From: Myxococcota bacterium
Lineage (GTDB): Bacteria > Myxococcota_A > UBA9160 > SMWR01
NCBI GenBank assembly: GCA_041579295.1
Contig: JBFGGA010000003.1
Span: 1-43,844, forward strand
Direction: 5' to 3'
Length of the DNA: 43,844 bases
The notes below the pieces were generated by a model. It worked only from the letters and a program-made list of their open reading frames with translations. It ran no database searches and had not been told where the DNA came from. The position numbers and the translations under genes were made by a program. Below, piece by piece: positions 1-7,758 of this stretch (positions within the stretch are counted from its first letter, which is position 1; every line of letters starts with the position of its first letter).

Positions 1-1
1 C

Positions 2-514
2 GACCTCTCCGAGCGCGCGCTCTCGCTCAACGTCACCTCCAAGGCGCTCGGCCTGCCCGGCCTGCGCGTCGGCTGGATCGCCTGCCGCGACCGCGGCGTC
101 CTCGCGAGGCTCGAGCGCGCCAAGCACTACACGTCGATCTGCAACTCGGCCCCGAGCGAGGTGCTCGCGCGCATCGCGCTCAAGGCCCGCGCGCGCATCC
201 TCGAGCGCAACCGCGAGATCGTCCGCGCGAACCTGCCCCGCTTCGAGGCCTTCTTTGCGCAGTTCCCCGAGCGCTTCGAGTGGCGACCGCCCGACGGCGG
301 CTGCGTGTGCTTTCCGCGCTACCTCGGCGAGGACGGCGTCGAGGACTTCTGCGCGGCGCTGGTCGAGGAGGCCGGTGTGCTGACGCTGCCCGCGAGCATC
401 TTCCGCTCGGAGCTGACGCCCACCCCCGCCGATCGCTTCCGCATCGGCATCGGGCGCGCGAACCCGCAGCTCGCGCTCGACGCCTTCGCGCAGTGGCTGC
501 GCCGCCGCGTGTAG
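2..514 (+). CDS. PLP-dependent aminotransferase class I/II, 5'-truncated by the window edge
   Basis: Frame is open from base 2 and reads DLSERALSLNVTSKALGLPGLRVGWI, the S-K-x-x-G-x-P-G-L-R-x-G-W PLP-lysine motif. It continues into ORF 161..514, which ends ...RFRIGIG. Confidence 0.88.
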   Translation, partial: DLSERALSLNVTSKALGLPGLRVGWIACRDRGVLARLERAKHYTSICNSAPSEVLARIALKARARILERNREIVRANLPRFEAFFAQFPERFEWRPPDGGCVCFPRYLGEDGVEDFCAALVEEAGVLTLPASIFRSELTPTPADRFRIGIGRANPQLALDAFAQWLRRRV

Positions 515-745
515 CCTCCGCACCCCGGCCCGCCCGAGGATCCACCCGCGAGGCCGGGCGAACTGCGGGCCGGCTCGCCCCGGGAGCGGGTTTGCGAAAC
601 GCCGAGCGGCCGGCGGGTGTAATATCTGGGGGGTAGCCGGCGCGATGGGCCGCCCGGCGGAATGCCGACGGGACTCCGCGCCTCGGCCGCGCGCACACCA
701 CTCGACGCGGCAGCGCGCGGCGCCGCCCGCAATGGAGGGAACGGC

Positions 746-2578
746 ATGGGTATCGGAACGGATATGGAGCTCCAGTCTTTCGGTCAGGCAATCGCCCACA
801 TCGATCTGGGCAGCGGCGCGATCGCGATCCGACCCGCACCCGCCGACTGGGTGAAGAAGTACATCGGCGCGCGCGGGCTCGGCGTCCGCTACGCGCTCGA
901 GGCCGGGCCCGAGGTCGACGCGCTCGCGCCCGCCAATCGGCTTTGCTTCCTGAACGGGCCGCTCACGGGCTCGGAGGTGAGCATGAGCGGCCGCTGGGCG
1001 TGCGTCACCAAGTCCCCGCTCACCGGGACCGTCACCGACAGCCACCAGGGCGGATGGACGGGCGCGCGGCTGCGCTGGGCGGGACTCGACGGCCTGATCT
1101 TCGAAGGGCGCGCCGAGCGACCGGTCTACGCGTTCGTCGAAGACGGCCAGGTCTCGCTGCGCGACGCCTCCGAGGTCTGGGGCAAGGGCATCCACGAGAC
1201 GGTCGCGTTCTTCGAGCAGCGCTACGGGAAGCAGAACCTCTCGGTCTGCGCGATCGGCCAGGCGGGCGAGAATCACGTGCGCTTCGCGGCGTGGCTGAAC
1301 GAGGACGACCGCGCGTTCGGCCGCGGCGGCACGGCGGCCGTCGGGGGCAGCAAGAACCTCAAGGCGATCGTGATCCGCGCGCCGCGGCGCAAGAGCCGCG
1401 TGGGCGATCCCGAGGGCTGGAAGGACGCGCGCCGCAACGCGCTCGACGCGATCCGCGACGAGAAGAACATCACGAGCCCGCGCAAGGGCGGCCTCTCGGT
1501 CTACGGCACGAACGTGCTGATGAACATCGTGAGCCAGATCGGGGCGCTCGGCACGCGCAACAGCCAGCTCACCTCCTACGGCGAGAAGGCGGAGCTGATC
1601 AGCGGCGAGTACGTGCAGCAGAACATCCTCGTCGACGATCCCACCTGCCACGCTTGCCCGGTGGCGTGCAAGAAGGAGGTGGAGATCAAGGAGGGCCCCT
1701 ACGCGGGCCTGCGCATGGAGAGCGTCGAGTACGAGCCCGCCTGGGCGCTCGGCGCGAACTGCGACAACGCGGACATCGCCTCGATCGCGAAGATGATCGA
1801 CCAGTGCAACGACTTCGGCATGGACCCGATCGAGCTCGGCAACGCGCTCTCGATGTACATGGAGGCGACCGAGCGCGGCTACGCGGAGGGCAAGGGTCTC
1901 GCCTGGGGCGACGCCGCCGCGATGGTCGCGATGACGGAGTCGATCGCGCTGCGAAACGGCGAGGGCGATCTGCTCGCCGAGGGACCCACGCGGGCCGCCG
2001 CGAAGCTCGGCCACGAGGAGATCGCGATGGCCGCCAAGGGGCAGGGGCTGCCCGCCTACGACCCGCGCGGCCTCAAGGGCATGGGGCTCGGCTACGCGAC
2101 GAGCAACCGCGGCGGCTGTCACCTGCGCGGCTACGTGGCGGCCGCCGAGCTCGGCGTGGTGCCGATCGAGGCGGACCCGCTCGAGTGGAAGGGCAAGGGC
2201 GCGCTCGTCAAGGCGTTCCAGGACATCCACGCGTTCTCGGACAGCCTGGACCTCTGCAAGTTCAGCGCGTTCGCCGAGAACATCGACGACTACGCGGCGC
2301 AGTACGCGAGCGCGATGGGCGAGAAGTTCAGCGCCGAGGACGCCAACACCGCGGGCGAGCGCATCTACAATTTGGAGCGCTACTACAACAACCTCGCGGG
2401 CTTCCGCGAGGGCTCGGACACGCTGCCCGATCGCTTCACGCAGGAGCCCTCGACGCTCGCGGGCTCCAAGGGCCACGTCTCGGAGCTCGCGCCGATGCTC
2501 GACGAGTACTACGCGGCGCGCGGCTGGCAGAACGGCGTCGTGCCGGACGCCAAGCTGCGCGCGCTAGGCATCCTCTGA
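746..2578 (+). CDS. aor: Aldehyde:ferredoxin oxidoreductase (tungsten-pterin AOR family)
   Basis: Motifs YIGARGLG, TKSPLTG, GSKNLKAIV, the [4Fe-4S] ligands CHACPVAC and GGCHLRG, DSLDLCKF and C-terminal YYAARGW. Start placed at ATG 746, after GGAGGG at 734-739. Confidence 0.95.
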   Translation: MGIGTDMELQSFGQAIAHIDLGSGAIAIRPAPADWVKKYIGARGLGVRYALEAGPEVDALAPANRLCFLNGPLTGSEVSMSGRWACVTKSPLTGTVTDSHQGGWTGARLRWAGLDGLIFEGRAERPVYAFVEDGQVSLRDASEVWGKGIHETVAFFEQRYGKQNLSVCAIGQAGENHVRFAAWLNEDDRAFGRGGTAAVGGSKNLKAIVIRAPRRKSRVGDPEGWKDARRNALDAIRDEKNITSPRKGGLSVYGTNVLMNIVSQIGALGTRNSQLTSYGEKAELISGEYVQQNILVDDPTCHACPVACKKEVEIKEGPYAGLRMESVEYEPAWALGANCDNADIASIAKMIDQCNDFGMDPIELGNALSMYMEATERGYAEGKGLAWGDAAAMVAMTESIALRNGEGDLLAEGPTRAAAKLGHEEIAMAAKGQGLPAYDPRGLKGMGLGYATSNRGGCHLRGYVAAAELGVVPIEADPLEWKGKGALVKAFQDIHAFSDSLDLCKFSAFAENIDDYAAQYASAMGEKFSAEDANTAGERIYNLERYYNNLAGFREGSDTLPDRFTQEPSTLAGSKGHVSELAPMLDEYYAARGWQNGVVPDAKLRALGIL

Positions 2579-2584
2579 AGCGCC

Positions 2585-2863
2585 GTGCGGGTGAGCTTCT
2601 TCGCGGCGCTGCGGCCGATCGTCGGGGGCCGGGACTTCGAGGTCGCCCTGCCCTCCGACGCCACGGTGCGCGACCTCGCCGAGGAGGTCGCGCGGCGCTG
2701 GCCCGCGCTGCGCGAGCAGCTGTTCACCGAGGCGGGCATCCTCTCGCGGCGCGTGGCGATCTACGTGGACGGGCGCAACGTGCGCTGGCTGCCCGACGCG
2801 GAGGCCACGCGGCTCGCCGACGACCAGTGCGTAGCGCTGATCCCCCCCGCGGCGGGTGGCTAG
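2585..2863 (+). CDS. MoaD/ThiS-family (ubiquitin-like) sulfur carrier protein
   Basis: 92 aa with beta-grasp pattern MRVSFFAALR and C-terminal PPAAGG diglycine. Starts 6 bp after aor. Confidence 0.9.
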   Translation: MRVSFFAALRPIVGGRDFEVALPSDATVRDLAEEVARRWPALREQLFTEAGILSRRVAIYVDGRNVRWLPDAEATRLADDQCVALIPPAAGG

Positions 2864-2865
2864 GA

Positions 2866-3011
2866 ACTCCGACCCGAAGGGTCGAAGTGACGCTGCGAGG
2901 CGAATCCGAGGGATTCGCCCGTTGAGAACGCGATCCGGTTGCCGAGGGGCCGGGACGCGAGAGCCACTCGCTCCAACCCCTTGTCGCTCGCAGCTCTCGC
3001 GTCCCGGCCCC
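2866..3011. repeat. Cluster of three inverted repeats (REP/MITE-like or bidirectional terminator)
   Basis: 2866-2888 actccgaccc-gaa-gggtcgaagt (1 mismatch). 2899-2919 ggcgaatcc-gag-ggattcgcc. Perfect 19-bp inverted repeat at 2946-2964/2993-3011. All lie between convergent genes. Confidence 0.75.
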
Positions 3012-3066
3012 AGCGATTGGGTGGCCGAAGAGCGGGGCCGAACGATTCGGACGCTCGCCGTCGCGC

Positions 3067-4641
3067 CTACTTCGGCGCGGCGGGGATCCACCACTCCTCG
3101 CCGCGCGGCGTCGTCACGTACTCGGGCCAGCGGAAGTGGATCGGCGGCGCGTAGTCGCACAGCGGCGGGATCCAGTGTTCGCCACCCACGCCGCCGCCCG
3201 TGCGCTCCTCGAACTCGCGCCGCGCGGCGTCGAGCGCGCTGCCGTCGCCGAGCAGGTCGACCACCGTCGCGCCGATCGTCCGGGCCGCGCAGAGCACCGT
3301 CGGGTCGATCGTCGCCGGGATGCCGCCGAGCGCGTTCATCGCCCAGGCCGGGTAGCGGAAGCCCTCCGGCGCCTTGAGCATCGGGCGGCCGACGTAGAGC
3401 CGCACGGTCGGCGCGTGCCAGCACATCTCGGTGTAATCGTCCGAAGTGGCGTTGCGCTGCGCGGGCGGCAGCCCCTCGCGCACGATCCGCTCGGCTTCGC
3501 GCGGGTCGATCGGCTGCGCGCAGGCCTCGAGGAACGGCTGGTCCATCGGCGCGAGCCCGAGGTTGGCCTGGATCTCGCGCGCCACCGCGACCGCCTCGGC
3601 GCCGTAGCGCGGCGGCCCGACGCTGACGAGGTTGCGGTAGGTGAGCTCCGCGAGCGCGTGGTTGGCGAGGCCCGGGCGCGACTTGCAGACCCAGTGGCGC
3701 TCCCAGTGGCAGTGCGCGGCGGCCGCGGCGGCCTCGGCATTCTGGTCGAGCACGCGGAAGATCTGCTCGGCCTTCGGCACGTCCGCCACGCGGCACAGGT
3801 ACTGGATCTGCGCGAGACCCGGGGGAAGGTTGTCGGCGGTGGCCTGCCCCATCGTCAGGATGGCCTCGTTCAGGCTCCAGCCGCCGGAAAACGGCAGCAT
3901 CGACTCCTTGGTGAGCTTGCTCAGCGTGTACATCGCGACGAGCGCGTCGTTCGCGCCCGGCGCGCGCGCGGCGGTGTGCGCCTGCGGGATCGGCGAGTCC
4001 GACGGCGCCGCGAGCCAGGTCTCCGGCGCGTCGCAGTGGAAGCTGTAGATCGCGGAGTACGAGGCGCCGCAGTGGGTGTCCCAGCGCACCGTGTTCGAGA
4101 GCGGCAGGATGTAGGCGGGGTGGTAGCTGATGAACGCGTCGGCGTTGTCGTAGTAGCCGCACGCCGCATGGATGGGCTTCGAGCCGCGCACCTTCTCGGC
4201 GGGCTCGCCGAAGAAGCGCAGCGTGCCGCCGAGGTCGTGCGCCTCCATCGCGGCCTTCGCGGCCAGGAAGCCGCCGAGCGCGCCGATGCCGAGCGCCGAG
4301 TGCGGATCCGTGTGCCCGCCGGCCTGCTCCGACAGCCCCGCGCGCGGCTGTCGCGTGGTGGCGGCCGCCTGGCAGTTGCCGGGCACGCCGTCGTACTCCG
4401 CGTAGCCCGCGATCACGGGCCCCTCGCCGCGCGAGAAGTGCGCCGCGAACGCAGTGGGCATGCCGCCGCTGCCCTCCTCCACCTCGAAGCCCTCGGCGCG
4501 CAGCCGCTCCACGTACCAGCGCGCGGACTTGTACTCGCGCCAGGCGGTCTCGCCGTAGTCCCAGATCGTGTGATTCCATCGCGAGAGATCCCTCGCGTGC
4601 GCGTCGACCCAACGCGTCGCCGTTTGCTTGGCCTCGGACAT
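3067..4641 (-). CDS. M20-family amidohydrolase (AbgB-like)
   Basis: Motifs GETAWREYKS, GMPTAFAA, YAEYDGVPG, GHTDPHSALG, FGEPAEK and SDDYTE. ATG 4641 is preceded by GGAGGAG. Confidence 0.88.
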   Translation of the reverse strand: MSEAKQTATRWVDAHARDLSRWNHTIWDYGETAWREYKSARWYVERLRAEGFEVEEGSGGMPTAFAAHFSRGEGPVIAGYAEYDGVPGNCQAAATTRQPRAGLSEQAGGHTDPHSALGIGALGGFLAAKAAMEAHDLGGTLRFFGEPAEKVRGSKPIHAACGYYDNADAFISYHPAYILPLSNTVRWDTHCGASYSAIYSFHCDAPETWLAAPSDSPIPQAHTAARAPGANDALVAMYTLSKLTKESMLPFSGGWSLNEAILTMGQATADNLPPGLAQIQYLCRVADVPKAEQIFRVLDQNAEAAAAAAHCHWERHWVCKSRPGLANHALAELTYRNLVSVGPPRYGAEAVAVAREIQANLGLAPMDQPFLEACAQPIDPREAERIVREGLPPAQRNATSDDYTEMCWHAPTVRLYVGRPMLKAPEGFRYPAWAMNALGGIPATIDPTVLCAARTIGATVVDLLGDGSALDAARREFEERTGGGVGGEHWIPPLCDYAPPIHFRWPEYVTTPRGEEWWIPAAPK

Positions 4642-4720
4642 CTGCGCCTCCTCCACGGGCCCTCGAAGCGGCGAGCATCGCACATCGGCCGAGCCCGCCG
4701 ATACCACTCCAATCCGCGCG

Positions 4721-5128
4721 TCAGGCGCCCACGTGGACGACCACGCGGCGCGTCGCGCGGCCGTGGCGGTGCTCCCAGAGGAAGATGCCCTGCCAGGTGC
4801 CGAGCGCGAGCTGTCCGCGCGCGATCGGGATCGAGAGGCTCGTCTGGGTGAGCGCGGCCTTGATGTGTGCGGGCATGTCGTCGGGGCCCTCCGCGGTGTG
4901 GCGGTAAAGAGGATCCCCCTCGGGCACCAGGCGATTCAGCCAGCGCTCGAGGTCGCCCCTGGCCGACGGGTCGGCGTTCTCCTGCACGAGCAGGCTCGCC
5001 GAGGTGTGCTGGATGAACAGCGTGCACAGCCCGTCGCGCGCGCCCGACGCGCGCACGACCGCCGCGACCTGCGCGGTGAACTCGTGCAGACCCTGGCCGG
5101 GAACCTCGATCGAGAGCGTCTCCACCAC
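4721..5128 (-). CDS. yjbQ: YjbQ / UPF0047 family protein
   Basis: Signatures HTSASLLVQENADP, HTAEGPDDMPAHIK and LGTWQGIFLWEHR. GTG 5128 follows GAGGAC. Confidence 0.92.
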   Translation of the reverse strand: MVETLSIEVPGQGLHEFTAQVAAVVRASGARDGLCTLFIQHTSASLLVQENADPSARGDLERWLNRLVPEGDPLYRHTAEGPDDMPAHIKAALTQTSLSIPIARGQLALGTWQGIFLWEHRHGRATRRVVVHVGA

Positions 5129-5222
5129 GGGCCAGTCCTCGACGACGCCGGCCGGCGGCGTCGCTCCGACGCGATGCGCTGCGCGAAGTCTCGCCGAGCG
5201 GGGGCGCCGCCCGCAATCCCCG

Positions 5223-6449
5223 TCAGCGCGCGGCGGCACCCCGCACGAGCGCGGGCTCGAGGTAGAGCGCGAGACCGTCGCCCGCGATCGACGCCTTCAG
5301 GATGGACACCGCGCCCGCGAGGTGGTGATCGCCGAGCCAGAGCTCGAACGGCGTGGGCGGTCCGGTGGGCCGCAGGGTGCGCCCCCGGTAGTGCTGGGTG
5401 AGCAGCGCCGAGCCGAGCTCCGCGGCCCCGCGCCGCAGTGCGGACTCGGTCATGCACTCGGTGTAGCGGGTCCAGGCCTCGAGCTCCGACAGCGGCGGCG
5501 AGCGGCCGCAGTCCTCGAGCTGCTGGGTGAGCGTCATCGACTCGACGCGCAGGTCCTCGCCGCGGAAGACGACGTCGATCGCGAACGATTCAGCGGTGTT
5601 GAGATGGACCGATCGCCCCGAGAGCGCGTAGGTCTCGGGGTCGGGGATTGCGACCTTCGCATTCCGGACCGAGAAGCGCTGCTCGCCGGACACCCTGTGC
5701 TCGAAGACGAGCTCCTGCTCGGCGACGTCTCGCTCGAGGATCGCGTTGACGGCCGCGTTGGGCAGCTGCGCGATCGCGCGGGTGTCGGGCGGCGCGTCCG
5801 CGCGATCCGGCGGGCCTCCTGCCTGCGGCGCGGACTCGAGCGGAGACCGCGACACCGAGACGCGAGCGAAGCCGTCGAAGAACGCGGCCGCGAGCTGGAC
5901 CTTCAGGTCGAGTCGATCGTCGAGCGCAATGCGAACTTTGGAGGTGTCGAGCTCCGCGATCGTAAGCCCCCCGCTCCTGGCGGTGAGGCTCGGCGCTTCG
6001 CGGTAGCGCGGGCCGGCCGCGCGGCCGTCCACGAGCTTCCAGCGCAGTCGAGCCGACTCCCAGAGCGCGCGCAGCTCCACCGCGGCGACCCAGGGCTGCG
6101 CGGCGCGCGCAGCCGCCGAGGCCCGGGCCACGTCGAGCAGGCCGCGGCGGCAATCGGCGGCGGCAAGCCTCCTGAGCGCGGCGTCCTCGCGCACGAAGCC
6201 CGGCGCCGCGATCGCCACGAACCGGCCCGCTCCGTCGGCGCCGGCGCCGCAGTAGCGCGACTCGAGGATCCACAGGCGGATGCGCCGCTGCGGCACCAGC
6301 TCCGCGTCGACCTGCAGCGGCACGACCCGCTCGATCAGCTCGCCGACGAGCGGCGGGAGCAGGAATAGCGTGAGGGGCCGCTCCGCGCGCGCGTCGATCG
6401 GCGCGGCGGCGGCGAGACACGCGAGGGCGAGTCCGAGGAGCGTTCCCAC
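5223..6449 (-). CDS. Hypothetical exported protein (408 aa)
   Basis: Signal-peptide-like N-terminus (MGTLLGLALACLAAAAPIDARA) and natural amino-acid composition, unlike the overlapping frames. No family recognised. Confidence 0.7.
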   Translation of the reverse strand: MGTLLGLALACLAAAAPIDARAERPLTLFLLPPLVGELIERVVPLQVDAELVPQRRIRLWILESRYCGAGADGAGRFVAIAAPGFVREDAALRRLAAADCRRGLLDVARASAAARAAQPWVAAVELRALWESARLRWKLVDGRAAGPRYREAPSLTARSGGLTIAELDTSKVRIALDDRLDLKVQLAAAFFDGFARVSVSRSPLESAPQAGGPPDRADAPPDTRAIAQLPNAAVNAILERDVAEQELVFEHRVSGEQRFSVRNAKVAIPDPETYALSGRSVHLNTAESFAIDVVFRGEDLRVESMTLTQQLEDCGRSPPLSELEAWTRYTECMTESALRRGAAELGSALLTQHYRGRTLRPTGPPTPFELWLGDHHLAGAVSILKASIAGDGLALYLEPALVRGAAAR

Positions 6450-6760
6450 GCGGCACGGGTGACCGGAGCGCCCGCTCTCGAAGCGCCTCAGCGCCCGGAC
6501 TCCGGCGCCCGCTGCAAAGCGCCGTCGCAGCCGGCGCCGCGCGCGTGGTGGCCGCTGGAAGCGCGGAGCGTCGCCGCGCCGCGGCCGATCCGGCGAGCCG
6601 TCGCCGGCGTGTTCGGTTCGCCCATGGCGCGGAGGCTAGCACGCCGGATCGGCGGCACGATTGCGCGGACGGCGATGTCGATCGCGGCGGCGCTGGCGAC
6701 GGCGGATGGGCGGTAGCCGATCGCGCCGAATTCCGGTAAAGGATCGTTGCCACCACCCGC

Positions 6761-6824
6761 TCGAACGGTCGCCGACGGGTTTCGGACGATCTCCGACCGA
6801 GGTTCGATCGATCGCCGACGAGGC
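6761..6824 (+). repeat. Three imperfect direct repeats at 21-22 bp spacing (possible operator array)
   Basis: tcgaacggtcgccgac (6761), tcggacgatctccgac (6782) and tcgatcgatcgccgac (6804), directly before ATG 6829. Confidence 0.55.
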
Positions 6825-6828
6825 GCAG

Positions 6829-7158
6829 ATGAAGATTCGAGGAAAGCATGTGATCGCGATCGGCATCGCCGCGGCGTCCCCGCTCTCGTGCACCTGGGTG
6901 CACTTGACGGAGGAGGGTCGCGCCGTCCGCGTGCTCCGCGCGGAGGAGACGCCGGGATGCGAGAGACTGGGAGCCGTCAAGACCAACACGACCGATCGCG
7001 TGATCATCTTCGCGCGATCGGATCGGAAGATTCGCGAAGAGTTGGAAGCCCTCGCGCGCAACGAAGCCGGCGAGATGGGCGGCGACGCGATCGCGGCGTC
7101 CGGAAGCGCGAGCGGAGGCCGGCAGTCGTTCGACGTCTACCGCTGCGCCCCGCGCTGA
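6829..7158 (+). CDS. DUF4156-like small lipoprotein
   Basis: Hydrophobic leader then LSC-TWVHLTEEGRAVRVL...CERLG...LARNEAGEMGGD...VYRC, the pattern I recall for DUF4156. Confidence 0.75.
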   Translation: MKIRGKHVIAIGIAAASPLSCTWVHLTEEGRAVRVLRAEETPGCERLGAVKTNTTDRVIIFARSDRKIREELEALARNEAGEMGGDAIAASGSASGGRQSFDVYRCAPR

Positions 7159-7230
7159 TCGCGCGGCTTCGCGCGCCTCCCGGAATCGGACGCGCGGGCC
7201 TTCGGCTCCGAGCGCGATGAGAATCCGGCG

Positions 7231-7557
7231 CTACGGCTGGTCGACGTCGCGGGAGAGCCGCTCGGCTTCCTCGGCCAGCGCGGCCGCGCGCATCGCGCGG
7301 CGACCCTGCTCGACCATCGCCTCCCCCCTCTCTCTGCGAGCGCGGCCGTCCTTCTCGATCGCCTTGGCCCGCTCGATGTCCTGCTCTGCGTTCTCGATGA
7401 TCCACTCGCCGCCCTCGACGAGGCGGCGCCCCTCCTCGGCCCTCTGGCGGTTGACCGGGTCGAGATAGGTCTTCGGCAACTCGGGGGTCGAGCGACAGGC
7501 GCCGACCGAAGCGACTCCGAGCAGCAGGATGACGGCGAAGACGAAGTTGGATCTCAC
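7231..7557 (-). CDS. Hypothetical lipoprotein with coiled-coil C-terminus
   Basis: GTG 7557 follows AAGGAG. Hydrophobic stretch FVFAVILLLGVASVGAC ends in a lipobox-like Cys, followed by an E/R/A-rich helical region. Confidence 0.7.
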   Translation of the reverse strand: MRSNFVFAVILLLGVASVGACRSTPELPKTYLDPVNRQRAEEGRRLVEGGEWIIENAEQDIERAKAIEKDGRARRERGEAMVEQGRRAMRAAALAEEAERLSRDVDQP

Positions 7558-7758
7558 AGCGACGAACTCCTTTCGCGAGCGCTCGACACGAGCGGCCGAC
7601 AACGCGCCGCAGAGATTAGCGAGCGCTCGCGTCGATGCGAGCGTCCCGCGGGATCGCGGGTGGATCGACGAGGGGCAGATTCGCCGCTCCGCCGGATCGC
7701 GCCAGCGGCTCGCGCGCGCCGCAGCGCGGAAATCCCGAAGCCCGCGCCGTCACGCAGC

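Noticed and set aside
515-745. Possible Moco/Tuco riboswitch upstream of aor
   Set aside because: The context is suggestive but I could not match the conserved motif by eye. An Infernal search with the Rfam Moco model would decide it.
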